From Methanobacteriota archaeon (GTDB taxonomy: Archaea; Methanobacteriota; Methanobacteria; Methanobacteriales; Methanobacteriaceae): DNA of 64,000 nt. Numbering within the stretch: the stretch's first letter is position 1; each line of letters opens with the position of its first letter. The notes beneath the pieces are model-generated. The model ran no database searches. It saw only the letters and a program-made list of their open reading frames with translations, and was not told the origin of the DNA. This document shows positions 53,489 through 64,000 of this stretch, in pieces. A program made the position numbers and the translations under genes. The DNA lies in the NCBI GenBank assembly GCA_963787255.1, contig CAWBCJ010000029.1, forward strand, positions 672,001 to 736,000, written 5' to 3'.

Positions 53489-54367
53489 TTAAAATACTCC
53501 TAAAAACTGAAATATGCTATTTCCATATAGTACAAGTACAACCAGCAGTATCCAGAGGGTTATACTTAGGAGCATTCCTTTATCTTTAAAAAGCATTTCA
53601 GGCTCTCCACCAAAGTTTTCGGCATGAACAAGGTATATGTATCTGAAAAGACCGTAAAATGCAAAAGGAATTGTAAGCATGATGAAAATTTTACCGGTAA
53701 AGAATGTATAAAGTGAGTATGACATGATTAAAGCACTGGTTGTAATATTTGTCATCTGATCAAGCATTTCAGTTGAATATCCATCTAAAATTTTCCTGTG
53801 ATTTGCTGCATTATCTCCTAATAATACTAACTCATGTCTACGCTTTCCGATCCCTAAAAATAATGCTAGAAGGAATGCACATATTATAAGCCATGGTGAA
53901 ACAAGCACTCCTACAGCTAAACATCCGGCAATAGCTCTTAAAACAAAACCAGTTGATATTACCAATATGTCTACTATAATAAGGTGCTTTAGAAATAGCG
54001 AATAGACTAATAACAGTATAAAGAAAGTTAAGGCCGTAACTAAGAATAGTAAATTGATTAAGTAGGAAATACTAAAAGATACAGCTACTAATAATATAAC
54101 TGAGAAGATTGCATAATTTATATTTAATTTACCTGAAGCAATAGGTCTTTGACGTTTTTTAGGATGATTTTTATCCTTTTCAACATCAAGAATGTCATTA
54201 ATCACATATATGCTGCCTGAAAGTGCACAGAAAATTGCAAACGCACTGATTGCATCGATCCAGAGATTAAAATTTAAAAGGTTTAATGAAAACACAATTC
54301 CAATGAATATAACTAAATTTTTGTACCATTGTCTTGGACGCATTGAAATTATCAGTTCTTTTATCAT
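53489..54367 (-). CDS. UbiA-family polyprenyl-phosphate 5-phosphoribosyltransferase (DPPR synthase-like)
   Basis: MRPRQWYKN, YVINDILDVEKDKNHPKKRQRPIASG, YSLFLKH..IVD, GFVLRAIAG, KRRHEL...R..L.GYS, GLFRY, GEPE. Confidence 0.88.
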   Translation of the reverse strand: MIKELIISMRPRQWYKNLVIFIGIVFSLNLLNFNLWIDAISAFAIFCALSGSIYVINDILDVEKDKNHPKKRQRPIASGKLNINYAIFSVILLVAVSFSISYLINLLFLVTALTFFILLLVYSLFLKHLIIVDILVISTGFVLRAIAGCLAVGVLVSPWLIICAFLLALFLGIGKRRHELVLLGDNAANHRKILDGYSTEMLDQMTNITTSALIMSYSLYTFFTGKIFIMLTIPFAFYGLFRYIYLVHAENFGGEPEMLFKDKGMLLSITLWILLVVLVLYGNSIFQFLGVF

Positions 54368-54552
54368 TTGTATCCCTGTAACTATTTGAAATTGTTAAAT
54401 TGATTTTTATAAAAAAATTAAACCATCAATTATATAGAAAATATGTCCATTCAATCTAATAAATAATGCTTCTTAAAATGAGCTAGCTTATTAGCATTAT
54501 TAAAAAATAATAAAGTTTATTATAAAAAATGAGATGAGTATTAATTCTTTAA

Positions 54553-55569
54553 TTAAAGAATTCCCATTGCTTTATTTGTTTTTTCGATGGATTTTTCAGG
54601 ATCATCTTCCATTTCAAGCATGGCTCTTATTGCATCTACATTTTCGGGTACAACATCTGATTCTTGATGAATGGCCTGCATGTAGTAGAGTTCCCCATCT
54701 ACAATATTCAATGATTCTTCCCAAACACCGATTTCAAATAAGTCATTCCTGGAACGACCTAATTCTTTAGCATATTCCATAAATTCAGCTGTTGAGCCAA
54801 GACCTTCGCTTGCTTTAAGTAGAAGAACTCTTGGAGTTTTATTTAAAGTATCTTTAATATCCTCAATACTGACTTGAGATTCCAGTTCAACCATTAAATT
54901 GTGCTGGTGCATTAATGTTGTAGGCACTAGAAGAGCCATTGTAGTGATATTCAGGTCGTACATCACGGTTTGAACGTCAGGCCCGTGGTGTGATGGCACT
55001 GTCGGTGGATTTGGAACTATGGCGTTAATTGGTCCTTTTTTAACCTGTCTGGGATCAGCACCCCTTCTCACCATTACTGCTCTAACTTTTTTAATTCCGC
55101 AGAGGTTATCAATTGGCTTTAAGGTTCTACAAAGTCCTGTGGTGTTACAAGATACTACTCTTGCGTAATCTTTTCCTATGACGTCTTTATAATTTGAGAA
55201 TGAGTTGAATGAGAGCCCTATATTATCGTGTTTTTCTCCGCCCTGAAATGTACTTTTTAATCCTATTTTTTCGTAAATATTTTCCTTATTTTTGGCACCA
55301 ATGCCTTCGGGGGTACAATCTACAACCAAGTCAAGCTTTTCAAAGAGTTCTTCTGCAGTACCAGTTACTTTAATTCCCGCATCTTCAAATGAACTTTCTC
55401 TTTCAGGAACGCTTATATAAAGGTTGTAACCTTTCTCTACAGCCATTCTAGCCTCATAATCAGGGTTTCTTTTGGTAACCCCTATAATTTTCATGTCATC
55501 TTGCTTTGATACAGCGTCTGCTACTCTTTTACCTATTGTTCCATAGCCATTTATTCCAACGGATTTCAT
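54553..55569 (-). CDS. gap: Archaeal (type II) glyceraldehyde-3-phosphate dehydrogenase
   Basis: [54 protein letters not shown]. Confidence 0.95.
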   Translation of the reverse strand: MKSVGINGYGTIGKRVADAVSKQDDMKIIGVTKRNPDYEARMAVEKGYNLYISVPERESSFEDAGIKVTGTAEELFEKLDLVVDCTPEGIGAKNKENIYEKIGLKSTFQGGEKHDNIGLSFNSFSNYKDVIGKDYARVVSCNTTGLCRTLKPIDNLCGIKKVRAVMVRRGADPRQVKKGPINAIVPNPPTVPSHHGPDVQTVMYDLNITTMALLVPTTLMHQHNLMVELESQVSIEDIKDTLNKTPRVLLLKASEGLGSTAEFMEYAKELGRSRNDLFEIGVWEESLNIVDGELYYMQAIHQESDVVPENVDAIRAMLEMEDDPEKSIEKTNKAMGIL

Positions 55570-56126
55570 AAATTAACCTCCTTATTTGCAAGTTCTGCAA
55601 TGATGCCTTCAAGATATATCCTTGTGGATATCTCAAATAAGGCTCCAAAAGGTGTTAAAGGCTCGTATTCGCCAGCCACTCTTCTTTCTATGTAATTTTT
55701 GGTTTTTGCTTTTATTCTACCCGGTATTTCAATTACAAGATCGGATATGTGGGCAATTGGCGAACCAGTAAAAGAAGTTATGGATATAATTTTTGCACCG
55801 TTTTGCAGTGCTTTTTTTGTAATAGTTAAAGTTGGTTCGGTTTCCCCAGATCCAGATATGGTTATGAGAACGCTTCCATCATCAATTTCAGGAACAATGG
55901 TCTCACTTATTACATATACATCCCGGCGAATTTCACTTAGTCTTGAAGCAAAAGCTTTTCCAACAAGTTCTGATTCCCCAAATCCACATATAAAAACTTT
56001 TGAAGCATTACACAAATAATTTTCCATTAGTTTTATATCATTATCATCAATATCAATGGATTTAATGTGGGATGTTATTTCTTCAAGTACGAGCCTCAAC
56101 ATAAAAACACCAGTTCTACATATCAT
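55566..56126 (-). CDS. SIS-domain protein similar to 6-phospho-3-hexuloisomerase (divergent)
   Basis: [34 protein letters not shown]; canonical GxGRSG reads GFGESE. Confidence 0.75.
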   Translation of the reverse strand: MICRTGVFMLRLVLEEITSHIKSIDIDDNDIKLMENYLCNASKVFICGFGESELVGKAFASRLSEIRRDVYVISETIVPEIDDGSVLITISGSGETEPTLTITKKALQNGAKIISITSFTGSPIAHISDLVIEIPGRIKAKTKNYIERRVAGEYEPLTPFGALFEISTRIYLEGIIAELANKEVNL

Positions 56127-56385
56127 TAATATAATTCTGGCATTATAAAATAGTTACGGTTTAAAAACAAAAAAGTGAGATTTATTCTGATTTTCAAGGA
56201 TTAATGCACTAATTTAGGTTAATCGTGATAGTTAAGGTGATATTAACTATATATGGGGGCTTAAATATCTTATTTTATTTAAATAGAATGTATTAATGTA
56301 ATTTTTACATTCTATCCACATTTTTTGTGAATAATATCATTGTATTTAATTAAAAATAATGAAGATTAAGCTTCAAAATTTAAAA

Positions 56386-57315
56386 TTAGCATTTGCCTGT
56401 AAAGAAAGGTTCTCTATCTTGCACTGCTTTTAAAAATAATTTTTTAAGTTCATCATCAGTATAACCAAGATGCATGGGCTCTAGAAGGTCAACTAAATTA
56501 TCATTCCGGAGCAAACATGGTTTAATCTTTCCTTCAGGAGTTATTCTAAGTCTTGTGCAGTTTTTACAGAATTGTGTGTTGTCCATAGGTTTAACAACTT
56601 CAATTTCCCCACCTTCAACGAAATACTTTTTTCTGTCCTGCATGAAATGCCTTGTTTTAACATCATCAGCTATTTTAGTAAGTTCTTCTTCAACTTCGTC
56701 CATGTCAAAGTGATATTCATCATAAAAACCATTATCAGGACAATTATCTGTTTTTAAAAGTTCTATGAGCTGCAAAACAGCATTATTTTCTTTACAAAAC
56801 TGGAACATGTCCCATATTTCATGATCATTAATTCCTTTCATAACAACCATGTTAACTTTAACAGGATAAAGTCCTATTTCTGACGCTTTCTTTATTCCTT
56901 CTTTGGCGTTTTTAATGTAATCTCTTTTAGTTATAAAGCGGTATGTTTCAGGATTCAATGTATCAAAACTCACATTGACACGATTAAGCCCTGCAGATTT
57001 TAATTGTTCAGCATATTCTCCAAGAAGGGTTCCATTTGTGGTTAAAGCTATATCCTTAAATCCAATTGTTTCTAATTTCTCCACAATTTCAACAATGTCA
57101 TTTCTTATTAATGGTTCCCCTCCAGAAAGCCTTATTTTCAAAACTCCAATGTCTGCTGCTATTTTAGCAACTCTATAAATCTCATCTGGGGTCATTTCAT
57201 AGCTTTGAGGAATTATCCCGTCATGATGGCAATAAAAGCATCTAACATTGCAGCGATTGGTAATTGAAATTCTAAGGGAAATAATGGGTCTTTGAAACTT
57301 ATCAGCCACTGTCAT
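56386..57315 (-). CDS. moaA: GTP 3',8-cyclase (molybdenum cofactor biosynthesis)
   Basis: [51 protein letters not shown]. Confidence 0.93.
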   Translation of the reverse strand: MTVADKFQRPIISLRISITNRCNVRCFYCHHDGIIPQSYEMTPDEIYRVAKIAADIGVLKIRLSGGEPLIRNDIVEIVEKLETIGFKDIALTTNGTLLGEYAEQLKSAGLNRVNVSFDTLNPETYRFITKRDYIKNAKEGIKKASEIGLYPVKVNMVVMKGINDHEIWDMFQFCKENNAVLQLIELLKTDNCPDNGFYDEYHFDMDEVEEELTKIADDVKTRHFMQDRKKYFVEGGEIEVVKPMDNTQFCKNCTRLRITPEGKIKPCLLRNDNLVDLLEPMHLGYTDDELKKLFLKAVQDREPFFTGKC

Positions 57316-57479
57316 CCTTATTTTATCTCCTAAATTGTAATTTTTGAAAATTATATAATTTGATTAGGAGTTATTGAATATAAATTCAATAGTTAAGTAG
57401 TTGACAATATTTAAAAAATAATTAAAAAAAAAGAATAGTTGGAAACATTTTAGTTTCCTAAAAACAATAACATGTTTTT

Positions 57480-58535
57480 TTACATTGCGTCTAACTTCTC
57501 GGGTAAATAGGTATCTACTACATATTCGAGACCATATTTAGAAAAGGACTGCTGTTCTGCCTTTTTACCAATTTTAAGCATCTTCTTAATTTCGGTTTTC
57601 CACTGCTCATCCCTATAACGAGGGTCTTTAAGCAGTTCTTTAAGTCTTAAAACATCTATATCTTTTAATGGATCGGTTGGAAGGTCGTAATTAATTATAT
57701 CGCTTGCTGTAACACCTAAAAACTTTGCATCAGGCGTTGCCAGGTCGTGATTAACATGTGCAAGCTTTGCACTTCCTGAAATTATAACCATGGCAATGTG
57801 GAATCCCCATGGATCTCCGTCATTACAGATGTAAACAGGTAAGTTAAGCTCTTCATTAACCCTTTTCAAGAACCTTCTAGTTGCTCTTGCTGCCTGGCCC
57901 TTGAGTCCAACAATAAGCGTGTCAAATTTTTTATACGCCTGTTCTTGAACCAACCTGTGGAACATACCCATGGTTTCAACTGCAATTACTCTTTTCACGT
58001 CGTGATCCACAAATTTAACATCATCAATGGTAGGAGATATAGTATAACCGGACTTACCGGATTTTATTGCGTTAATTTCAACGTCATCTTCCTGAATGAT
58101 AAGGTCACCATAAACAGATGCTCCATCCTCTTCAGGCATTAAACCAAGGTCTTCCCGGGACATTCCCAGTGTAACTTCCAGATCTTCTCCAACGATGTTT
58201 GATTCCTGCTGGTCGCCGAAATCAACATCCCATCCTTCTGAAACGTAATAAAGCTCCCTTAAAGTCGCTGTTTTATTGGTTCTTATGAGATCTTTACAGA
58301 AATTGGCCATATAGACCATCTGAGCTATTTTTTTTATTTGTTTAACATTACCAAGGGATCTTTGACCATATCTGTCTCCAAGGACGTAGTATCTCTTTGC
58401 ATCGTCGTAAACTAGATTTGAAGTTCCTCTGGACGGTACTTTAATTGAAGGAACGTTTGTATTGTTCACATCCTCTATTATTTGCTCACCTAGCCCTTTG
58501 AGCTTGTTTATCGCAATATCTCTTCTATTTAGCAT
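57480..58535 (-). CDS. top6A: DNA topoisomerase VI subunit A
   Basis: [32 protein letters not shown]. Confidence 0.95.
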   Translation of the reverse strand: MLNRRDIAINKLKGLGEQIIEDVNNTNVPSIKVPSRGTSNLVYDDAKRYYVLGDRYGQRSLGNVKQIKKIAQMVYMANFCKDLIRTNKTATLRELYYVSEGWDVDFGDQQESNIVGEDLEVTLGMSREDLGLMPEEDGASVYGDLIIQEDDVEINAIKSGKSGYTISPTIDDVKFVDHDVKRVIAVETMGMFHRLVQEQAYKKFDTLIVGLKGQAARATRRFLKRVNEELNLPVYICNDGDPWGFHIAMVIISGSAKLAHVNHDLATPDAKFLGVTASDIINYDLPTDPLKDIDVLRLKELLKDPRYRDEQWKTEIKKMLKIGKKAEQQSFSKYGLEYVVDTYLPEKLDAM

Positions 58536-60126
58536 TAATATCCCCTATTATCTTTGGTTTCCTTGTTACTTTAGCTAATATTTCCTCGTATTCCGGGACG
58601 TCTGCCTCAGCTAGTAAGGCAGCTTCTTTTAATATTACAGGTACATAAGTTTCAAATACTTTTGAACGCATTGCCTCTTCTTTGGCGGCTTTTTTGGCGT
58701 TTAAATATTTCTGCAGGCTTCTTGCAATTTTCATGGTAGCATGTCGTACTTCTTGCATTATCTCCTCTTCAGGGGCAACGCTCTGCTTTCCTGTAGACAT
58801 GTAAGGCACGTGAGTAGACACAATATTTGCAAATACGGTTATTGGAGCGTTCTCAAGATCCTTTATTCCATAACGTTTCCAATCTATACTTTTGAGCGCT
58901 TCAGTTATACCGCAGCTTCCCTGATCAAATGTAAGTGGAACTCTATTTGCAAAACGCATGATTTCTGCCTTTTTCTGCTCGCCGATAACCCTTCCAGCTT
59001 TTCCGCCGTATGCAATTCCTGCTTCAATTACAAAGGATACCCCACCTTTGTATGTTTTAGGTTTTCTGGTGATTGTTTTTACATATTCTGGCTCGAGTAT
59101 TTCTCTCATACCCTTTTCAATCTGTTCTTCGCCCATTGGGATTAATCCGGCTGTTGGGGGAGCCATGAAGTCCATTTTTTGGAATAATTCAACAATTCTT
59201 TCGGCTTCTTCCCATTTCATGTCTTTCGGACGCTTATTGAAATCGATTCCAGTAATTTCTTCAATTTCATCTATTCTTTTATTGGACATTCTGGAAAGTG
59301 AACTTGTAAGAAGGCTTCTAAATCTCCGCTTATCTGTGTGTTTTGCCATGAAGATTAAATCATCTGCTGTTACTCCTTTTGGGTGAGGGAGCACTTCTTT
59401 TGGCATTGGGGGAATTTCATTAGTAGCCCTATCAAATATGTATTTGTGGCCAGTTGGATCTTTAAATATGATTCTAGTATGGGGGTTGGCAATCATGGTT
59501 CTTCTAATGTATTCAAATGCTCCCTGTTCGCTTAGGGAATATGAAACATCTTTAAAGTGAAGTTCTATGCCTACACCTGTTGAATCCAATTTAATTTCTT
59601 TTTTATCTAATATAAGCCCCTGGTTCTTTTTGACATCCATTTTGAATGTCATTCCCACTCCCTTGATCCTATTTCCTTCTTTATATCCTGAAGTAATTTT
59701 AACGGGCATTCCAGTGGTCATTTGTGATAATAAAACACATCCACTACAACCCAACCCTTGTTGCCCTCTTGACTGGATATTTCTGAATTTAGAGCCAGCA
59801 AACATGGTACAATACACTTTAGTAAGGAAATCTTCAGGTATACCCGGTCCATTATCCTGATGATGTAAAATGTAATGATCTTTGTCCACTCGTTTAAGGT
59901 CTATTGTTATTTCTGGTAAAATACCTGCTTCTTCAGCAGCATCAAGACTGTTGGTGATTAGCTCATGAAAAACAATGGTTAATGATCTTATTTTACCCGA
60001 AAAACCCAGCATTTGCTTGTTTCTTCTGAAAAATTCAGATGCTGTTAGTTCTTTAAACTCTTCAAAGAGCTCCGATGCTTCTCTTTCCACAGAAATTTCT
60101 TTTTCCAAAGATAATTCTTTTTCCAA
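58525..60126 (-). CDS. top6B: DNA topoisomerase VI subunit B
   Basis: [42 protein letters not shown]. Confidence 0.95.
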   Translation of the reverse strand: MEKELSLEKEISVEREASELFEEFKELTASEFFRRNKQMLGFSGKIRSLTIVFHELITNSLDAAEEAGILPEITIDLKRVDKDHYILHHQDNGPGIPEDFLTKVYCTMFAGSKFRNIQSRGQQGLGCSGCVLLSQMTTGMPVKITSGYKEGNRIKGVGMTFKMDVKKNQGLILDKKEIKLDSTGVGIELHFKDVSYSLSEQGAFEYIRRTMIANPHTRIIFKDPTGHKYIFDRATNEIPPMPKEVLPHPKGVTADDLIFMAKHTDKRRFRSLLTSSLSRMSNKRIDEIEEITGIDFNKRPKDMKWEEAERIVELFQKMDFMAPPTAGLIPMGEEQIEKGMREILEPEYVKTITRKPKTYKGGVSFVIEAGIAYGGKAGRVIGEQKKAEIMRFANRVPLTFDQGSCGITEALKSIDWKRYGIKDLENAPITVFANIVSTHVPYMSTGKQSVAPEEEIMQEVRHATMKIARSLQKYLNAKKAAKEEAMRSKVFETYVPVILKEAALLAEADVPEYEEILAKVTRKPKIIGDINAK

Positions 60127-60198
60127 AGTTAGCCTCCTTTAATACATTTTCGAATTAGTTATTATGTTTTAATTTTGAATTTATTAATCAAATGATAA

Positions 60199-60765
60199 TT
60201 ATTCCTTAATTACAATATTTTCAAATTCTTTTCTTTTCAATTCCTGTTTTTTTCTTTCTAAAAAGGAATATACGCTTTTATGTCTTACACCATCCAGTAT
60301 CATCTGAACAGCTTCTTTTGCAATTTGTATTCGTTCCATATCACCAATAAGTGCTACTGTTTTACCGTATACAGAAACGTCAACACCGGTCATTTCCTTG
60401 ATTATTTCTTTTGTTCTTCCTTCTTTACCTATAATTCTGCCTTTCTGCCGCAATATGGCTTTTTTTGATTTTCCAACAAAATCGGGTAAATTAATTATAT
60501 CAAGAATAGTTTCATCGTCAAGTAATTTAAGAGCTGTTTCGGGACTGAATCCTCTCCCTATAGCTTTTACAATATATCGGACTTTCCACACAGCCAGTGG
60601 ATCTTCCATTTTTTCAGTAGGAATAATGGTGATGGTGCCGGTTTCACTATCTATATCCAGCTTTATACTAGTCATATTTTCAATATGTTCTTTTGTAGCT
60701 CCGTCTTTTCCAATTAGGACTCCAACTCTTTCTTTTGGAATCTTAAGATATTCAGTGTTTGGCAT
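60199..60765 (-). CDS. KH-domain RNA-processing protein (Pno1/Dim2-like)
   Basis: [41 protein letters not shown]. Confidence 0.9.
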   Translation of the reverse strand: MPNTEYLKIPKERVGVLIGKDGATKEHIENMTSIKLDIDSETGTITIIPTEKMEDPLAVWKVRYIVKAIGRGFSPETALKLLDDETILDIINLPDFVGKSKKAILRQKGRIIGKEGRTKEIIKEMTGVDVSVYGKTVALIGDMERIQIAKEAVQMILDGVRHKSVYSFLERKKQELKRKEFENIVIKE

Positions 60766-60813
60766 TTTTTCACCTCATAAATTATATTACGATATCTATT
60801 ATAATATACTTTT

Positions 60814-61590
60814 CTATCCAGATAAACCTGTAATTTCGCTTTTTATCTCTTCAAAAGATACTTTAACTTTTAATTTTTTAAAATCTTTTACAATATTCCA
60901 TATGTCTCTATTTAGAAGTTCCTCAGAGATGGGATGATCTCGGATCATTCCCTGTGAAATGTCGATAATTACAGGATCATCATTTTGAATCAGAATGTTG
61001 TAACTTGAAAGATCTCCATGCACAAGTCCTGCATCCTGGTATAAAATTTTCATGTAGTTAACTATTTTATTTAAAAGTTCTTGAGGGTCTGAAATATCCG
61101 AATGCCTCATAGGAAGTGCTGCGTTACCCTCATCGTCACCAATAAATTCCATTACCAACACGTTATTTTTAGATGCAATTGGTTTAGGAACTCTCACACC
61201 AGCGTCTTCTGCGCGTTGAAGGTTTCTAAATTCTTTAGTGACCCATGCATTAATAAGTTGCCGTTTATTTGTTGTTCTAACCTGGAATCGCGGGTCTCCC
61301 TGTATATAGGTCTGCATTTTCTTAAAATCAGATGTTGTAACCCTGTATATTTTTACTGCTACAAAATCATCATTATCATCGGCACCTTTAAATACATTGG
61401 CTTCTTTTCCTGTACTTATTGCGCCGTTTAGACTATGAATATTCCCCATTTTTGCGAGTTTATAAAGCGTCTTTAAAGTAATTGAATCAAATACTTCGCT
61501 TCCAACTCTTCTATCTTCCACGCTTTTAATTCTTTTTTCAGACAACATTTTTCGTAAAATATCATCTGCTTTCGATATTTTGGAATCCAT
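60814..61590 (-). CDS. rio1: RIO1 serine/threonine kinase
   Basis: [40 protein letters not shown]. Confidence 0.93.
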   Translation of the reverse strand: MDSKISKADDILRKMLSEKRIKSVEDRRVGSEVFDSITLKTLYKLAKMGNIHSLNGAISTGKEANVFKGADDNDDFVAVKIYRVTTSDFKKMQTYIQGDPRFQVRTTNKRQLINAWVTKEFRNLQRAEDAGVRVPKPIASKNNVLVMEFIGDDEGNAALPMRHSDISDPQELLNKIVNYMKILYQDAGLVHGDLSSYNILIQNDDPVIIDISQGMIRDHPISEELLNRDIWNIVKDFKKLKVKVSFEEIKSEITGLSG

Positions 61591-61701
61591 TGTAACTCAC
61601 AGCATGGTTTTAATTAAATATATAAATTAAAATTAAAATTACAAAAAGCATCAATACTTTAAGTTAAAATCAATTTGATGATTTTAAAATTTATTGGGAG
61701 A

Positions 61702-62016
61702 TTATAAGTTAAGATAACCCCTACGTTCAAGCCAATTTGCTTCTGTTCTTGTGTATCTCCATATAACATCTGCTTTTTCATCGCTCTGGAAATCCCATGG
61801 TTTTACAAGAACTACATCTCCTTCCCTTATCCATATTCTTTTTTTCATTTTTCCGGGAATTCTGGAAAGTCTTGTTATCCCATCGGCACATCTTACCCTT
61901 AATTTACCATGACCTAAAATTTGCTCAACTACTCCAGGTATCTCTCCCTTTCTGGGGGATCTTACCCTTCTCATTTCTTGAGTTCCTTGACCCTGTTTTC
62001 CACGTCCTCTCCTCAA
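61702..62016 (-). CDS. eif1a: Translation initiation factor aIF-1A
   Basis: [29 protein letters not shown]...WRYT. Confidence 0.95.
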   Translation of the reverse strand: MRRGRGKQGQGTQEMRRVRSPRKGEIPGVVEQILGHGKLRVRCADGITRLSRIPGKMKKRIWIREGDVVLVKPWDFQSDEKADVIWRYTRTEANWLERRGYLNL

Positions 62017-62465
62017 ATACTCTCCTCCTTAAATTAAAAATTTTTATGATATATTGTATTTATAATAAATTAAGATGAATATATAAATACTTAGTTTTTA
62101 TGTCCTGTTCATCAGACGTTTTTTGACGAATCAGGCAATTTTCGCAGTAAAATAATCATCTATTTAATATAATAAATTATATGTCCATCATAATATATAA
62201 AACAGTCTAATCAAATTATTAAAATAAAAATTATTTTCACCCTTTATTTTAACCGAATTTTTTAGGAAATTCTATAATAAGCAATTAACATACTATATGG
62301 AACCAATTTCATATATACATAATTAATTTTTTTTACCTATTTTTCTTAAAAAACTATAAAATAAATGTATAAAAGAGGAAATACAAAAAAAATGACTGTT
62401 AATTGGATAATTTAAAAGACATTATCTCGATTATTAAATTCATTAAAGATAAAACTGTGGTTTAA

Positions 62466-63683
62466 ATGGGAACGGAATTCTTAAAAATAACAGATTCAGA
62501 GGACGTGCAAAATTTAATAAAAAACATCCCCTTTAAAAGAAAAACTGAAGAAATATTATTGAAAAGCGCCCATAGAAGGGTACTTGCAGAAGATATACAT
62601 GCTGCTATTGATCTTCCGCCATTTAATAGAGTTTCAATGGACGGATACGCTGTTAAAGCCGAAAATACATTCGGCGCTTCTGAAGATGATCCTGCAGTTT
62701 TGAAACTTGTAGAAACAGTAAGAGCCGGTGAATCGGCATCAAAAAAAGTTGAAAAAGGAACATGTATTGAGGTTAGCACCGGAGCGCCTATGCCTGAAGG
62801 TGCTGATGGAGTAGTAATGGTCGAATTTACAGAAAATAAGCAAGGAAATATCAATATTTATAGAAGTGTTGCAATAGGCCAGTATATTGCACCTAAAGGT
62901 TCTGATATAACTAAAGGAAATCTTCTTTTAACAGCCGGTACTTTGCTAACTCATGATAAAATAGGAGTTTTAGCCGCAGTTGGAATTGGTGAAGTGAATG
63001 TTTTTAAAAAGCCAAAGATTGCAGTAATTTCCACAGGTAATGAGATAATTGAATATGATGAGCAGCTAGAATACAGCAAAATATATGATATAAACTCTCA
63101 GACAATTGCAAATGCTGTAAAATCATGTGGATGCATCCCAATATATTCTGGTATTGTTAAAGACGATTATGAACATCTCAAAAATAATTTAGAACAACAT
63201 ATGGATGCTGATGTGATAATCACTTCTGGCGGAACATCTGCTGGTGCTGGAGATGTTTTAAGATCGGTTTTAGACGATATGGGTGAGGTATTTGTACATG
63301 GAATAGCAGTAAAGCCGGGTAAGCCTACTCTAGTTGGAATGATTAATGATAAACCTTTTTTTGGACTTCCAGGGTATCCTGCAGCAGCATTGATAGTTTT
63401 TCATGTTTTTGTAGCTCCTTATTTGCGAAAAATGGCATCAAGAAAGATTTTTAGAAAATCAGATATCTTAAAACTTAAAATATCCCGAAGATATCATTCA
63501 TCAAGGGGAAGACATCAATATGTTCTTGTTAAAATTGAAGGAGATGTTGCACATCCTATTTTAAAAGATTCGGGAGCTATAACTGCAATTGCAGAAGCTG
63601 ATGGTTATTTTGAAATACCTAAAAATGTAGAAATGGTTGCAGAAGGAACAGAAATTGAAGTAGTACTTTTAGAAGGACAATAA
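62466..63683 (+). CDS. moeA: Molybdopterin molybdenumtransferase
   Basis: [48 protein letters not shown]. Confidence 0.93.
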   Translation: MGTEFLKITDSEDVQNLIKNIPFKRKTEEILLKSAHRRVLAEDIHAAIDLPPFNRVSMDGYAVKAENTFGASEDDPAVLKLVETVRAGESASKKVEKGTCIEVSTGAPMPEGADGVVMVEFTENKQGNINIYRSVAIGQYIAPKGSDITKGNLLLTAGTLLTHDKIGVLAAVGIGEVNVFKKPKIAVISTGNEIIEYDEQLEYSKIYDINSQTIANAVKSCGCIPIYSGIVKDDYEHLKNNLEQHMDADVIITSGGTSAGAGDVLRSVLDDMGEVFVHGIAVKPGKPTLVGMINDKPFFGLPGYPAAALIVFHVFVAPYLRKMASRKIFRKSDILKLKISRRYHSSRGRHQYVLVKIEGDVAHPILKDSGAITAIAEADGYFEIPKNVEMVAEGTEIEVVLLEGQ

Positions 63684-63837
63684 TAGTATTAAATTAGTTT
63701 AAACTCTTCAAATTAATTAATGATTAAAAAATTCATTTCTCCATTTAAATCCTGCTTTATATCCTCATAAAATCCAAAAATATTCTCTAAATCCATTTAC
63801 TCTTTTTTTTGGTTAAATCCTTAAAATAAGTGTAAAT

Positions 63838-64000
63838 TTACAAGTTCAGATTGTTTATTTCAATTTTAATATCTTCGTCACTCTTTTTGCCACTGTTTGC
63901 TATTGCAAATGTTTTTATCACGTTACCGCCATTAGCTTCAACTTTGGTTTTAATCAAATTGAGTGCATTTTTAAAATTTGATCCACCAAGTGTTACAAAT
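63838..64000 (-). CDS. C-terminal fragment of a probable flavodoxin-like protein, runs off window end
   Basis: FVTLGGSNFKNALNLIKTKVEANGGNVIKTFAI... open to the stop at 63838. Confidence 0.45.
   Translation of the reverse strand, partial: FVTLGGSNFKNALNLIKTKVEANGGNVIKTFAIANSGKKSDEDIKIEINNLNL

Noticed and set aside
62101-62150. GC-richer hairpin upstream of aIF-1A whose minus strand contains GAAA and CTGATGA, reminiscent of a hammerhead ribozyme or C/D-box RNA
   Set aside because: Stems I and II of a hammerhead do not pair properly and no C/D box pair with terminal stem is evident; only an imperfect hairpin (CCTG...CAGG) is supported

Overview
AT-rich chromosomal segment of a hydrogenotrophic methanogen of the order Methanobacteriales, most like Methanobacterium (atwA, methanogenesis marker 9, cofD/cofE, purO, archaeal gap, top6AB, mreB). 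There is a conserved-looking housekeeping backbone at about 1-18.5 kb and 45-64 kb. It carries a cell-envelope block (psd-pssA-DUF515-sortase substrate-sortase, divergent from orf-mreB-rnhB-exbB-exbD). Between hemA and an AAA ATPase lies a ~26 kb sulfur-metabolism island: GMC oxidoreductase, MoeB/ThiF, an atypical HdrCBA(-MvhD) set, a signal-less solute-binding-fold protein, a MoaD/CysO-like carrier, NifX, cysK, cysE, a Cys-rich HTH regulator, cysS, tRNA-Cys, metY, metX-CBS, iscS/iscU, MOSC, thi4, thiI and a cystathionine gamma-lyase/synthase. The strongest unexplained signal is a 14-bp palindrome, WTAAC-N4-GTTAW, found about 14 times, often as abutting tandem copies next to TATA boxes, in front of most transcription units of the island, including the HTH gene and the tRNA-Cys. 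This points to an apparently uncharacterised sulfur regulon. A second candidate system (49-54.4 kb) is a UbiA-type polyprenyl-phosphate phosphoribosyltransferase, GT-C, PHP, flippase and DUF362 operon, suggesting lipid-linked pentofuranose glycosylation in an archaeon. Many genes carry single-base frameshifts in patches, most likely long-read assembly errors. All calls come from reading the sequence by eye; no searches were run.
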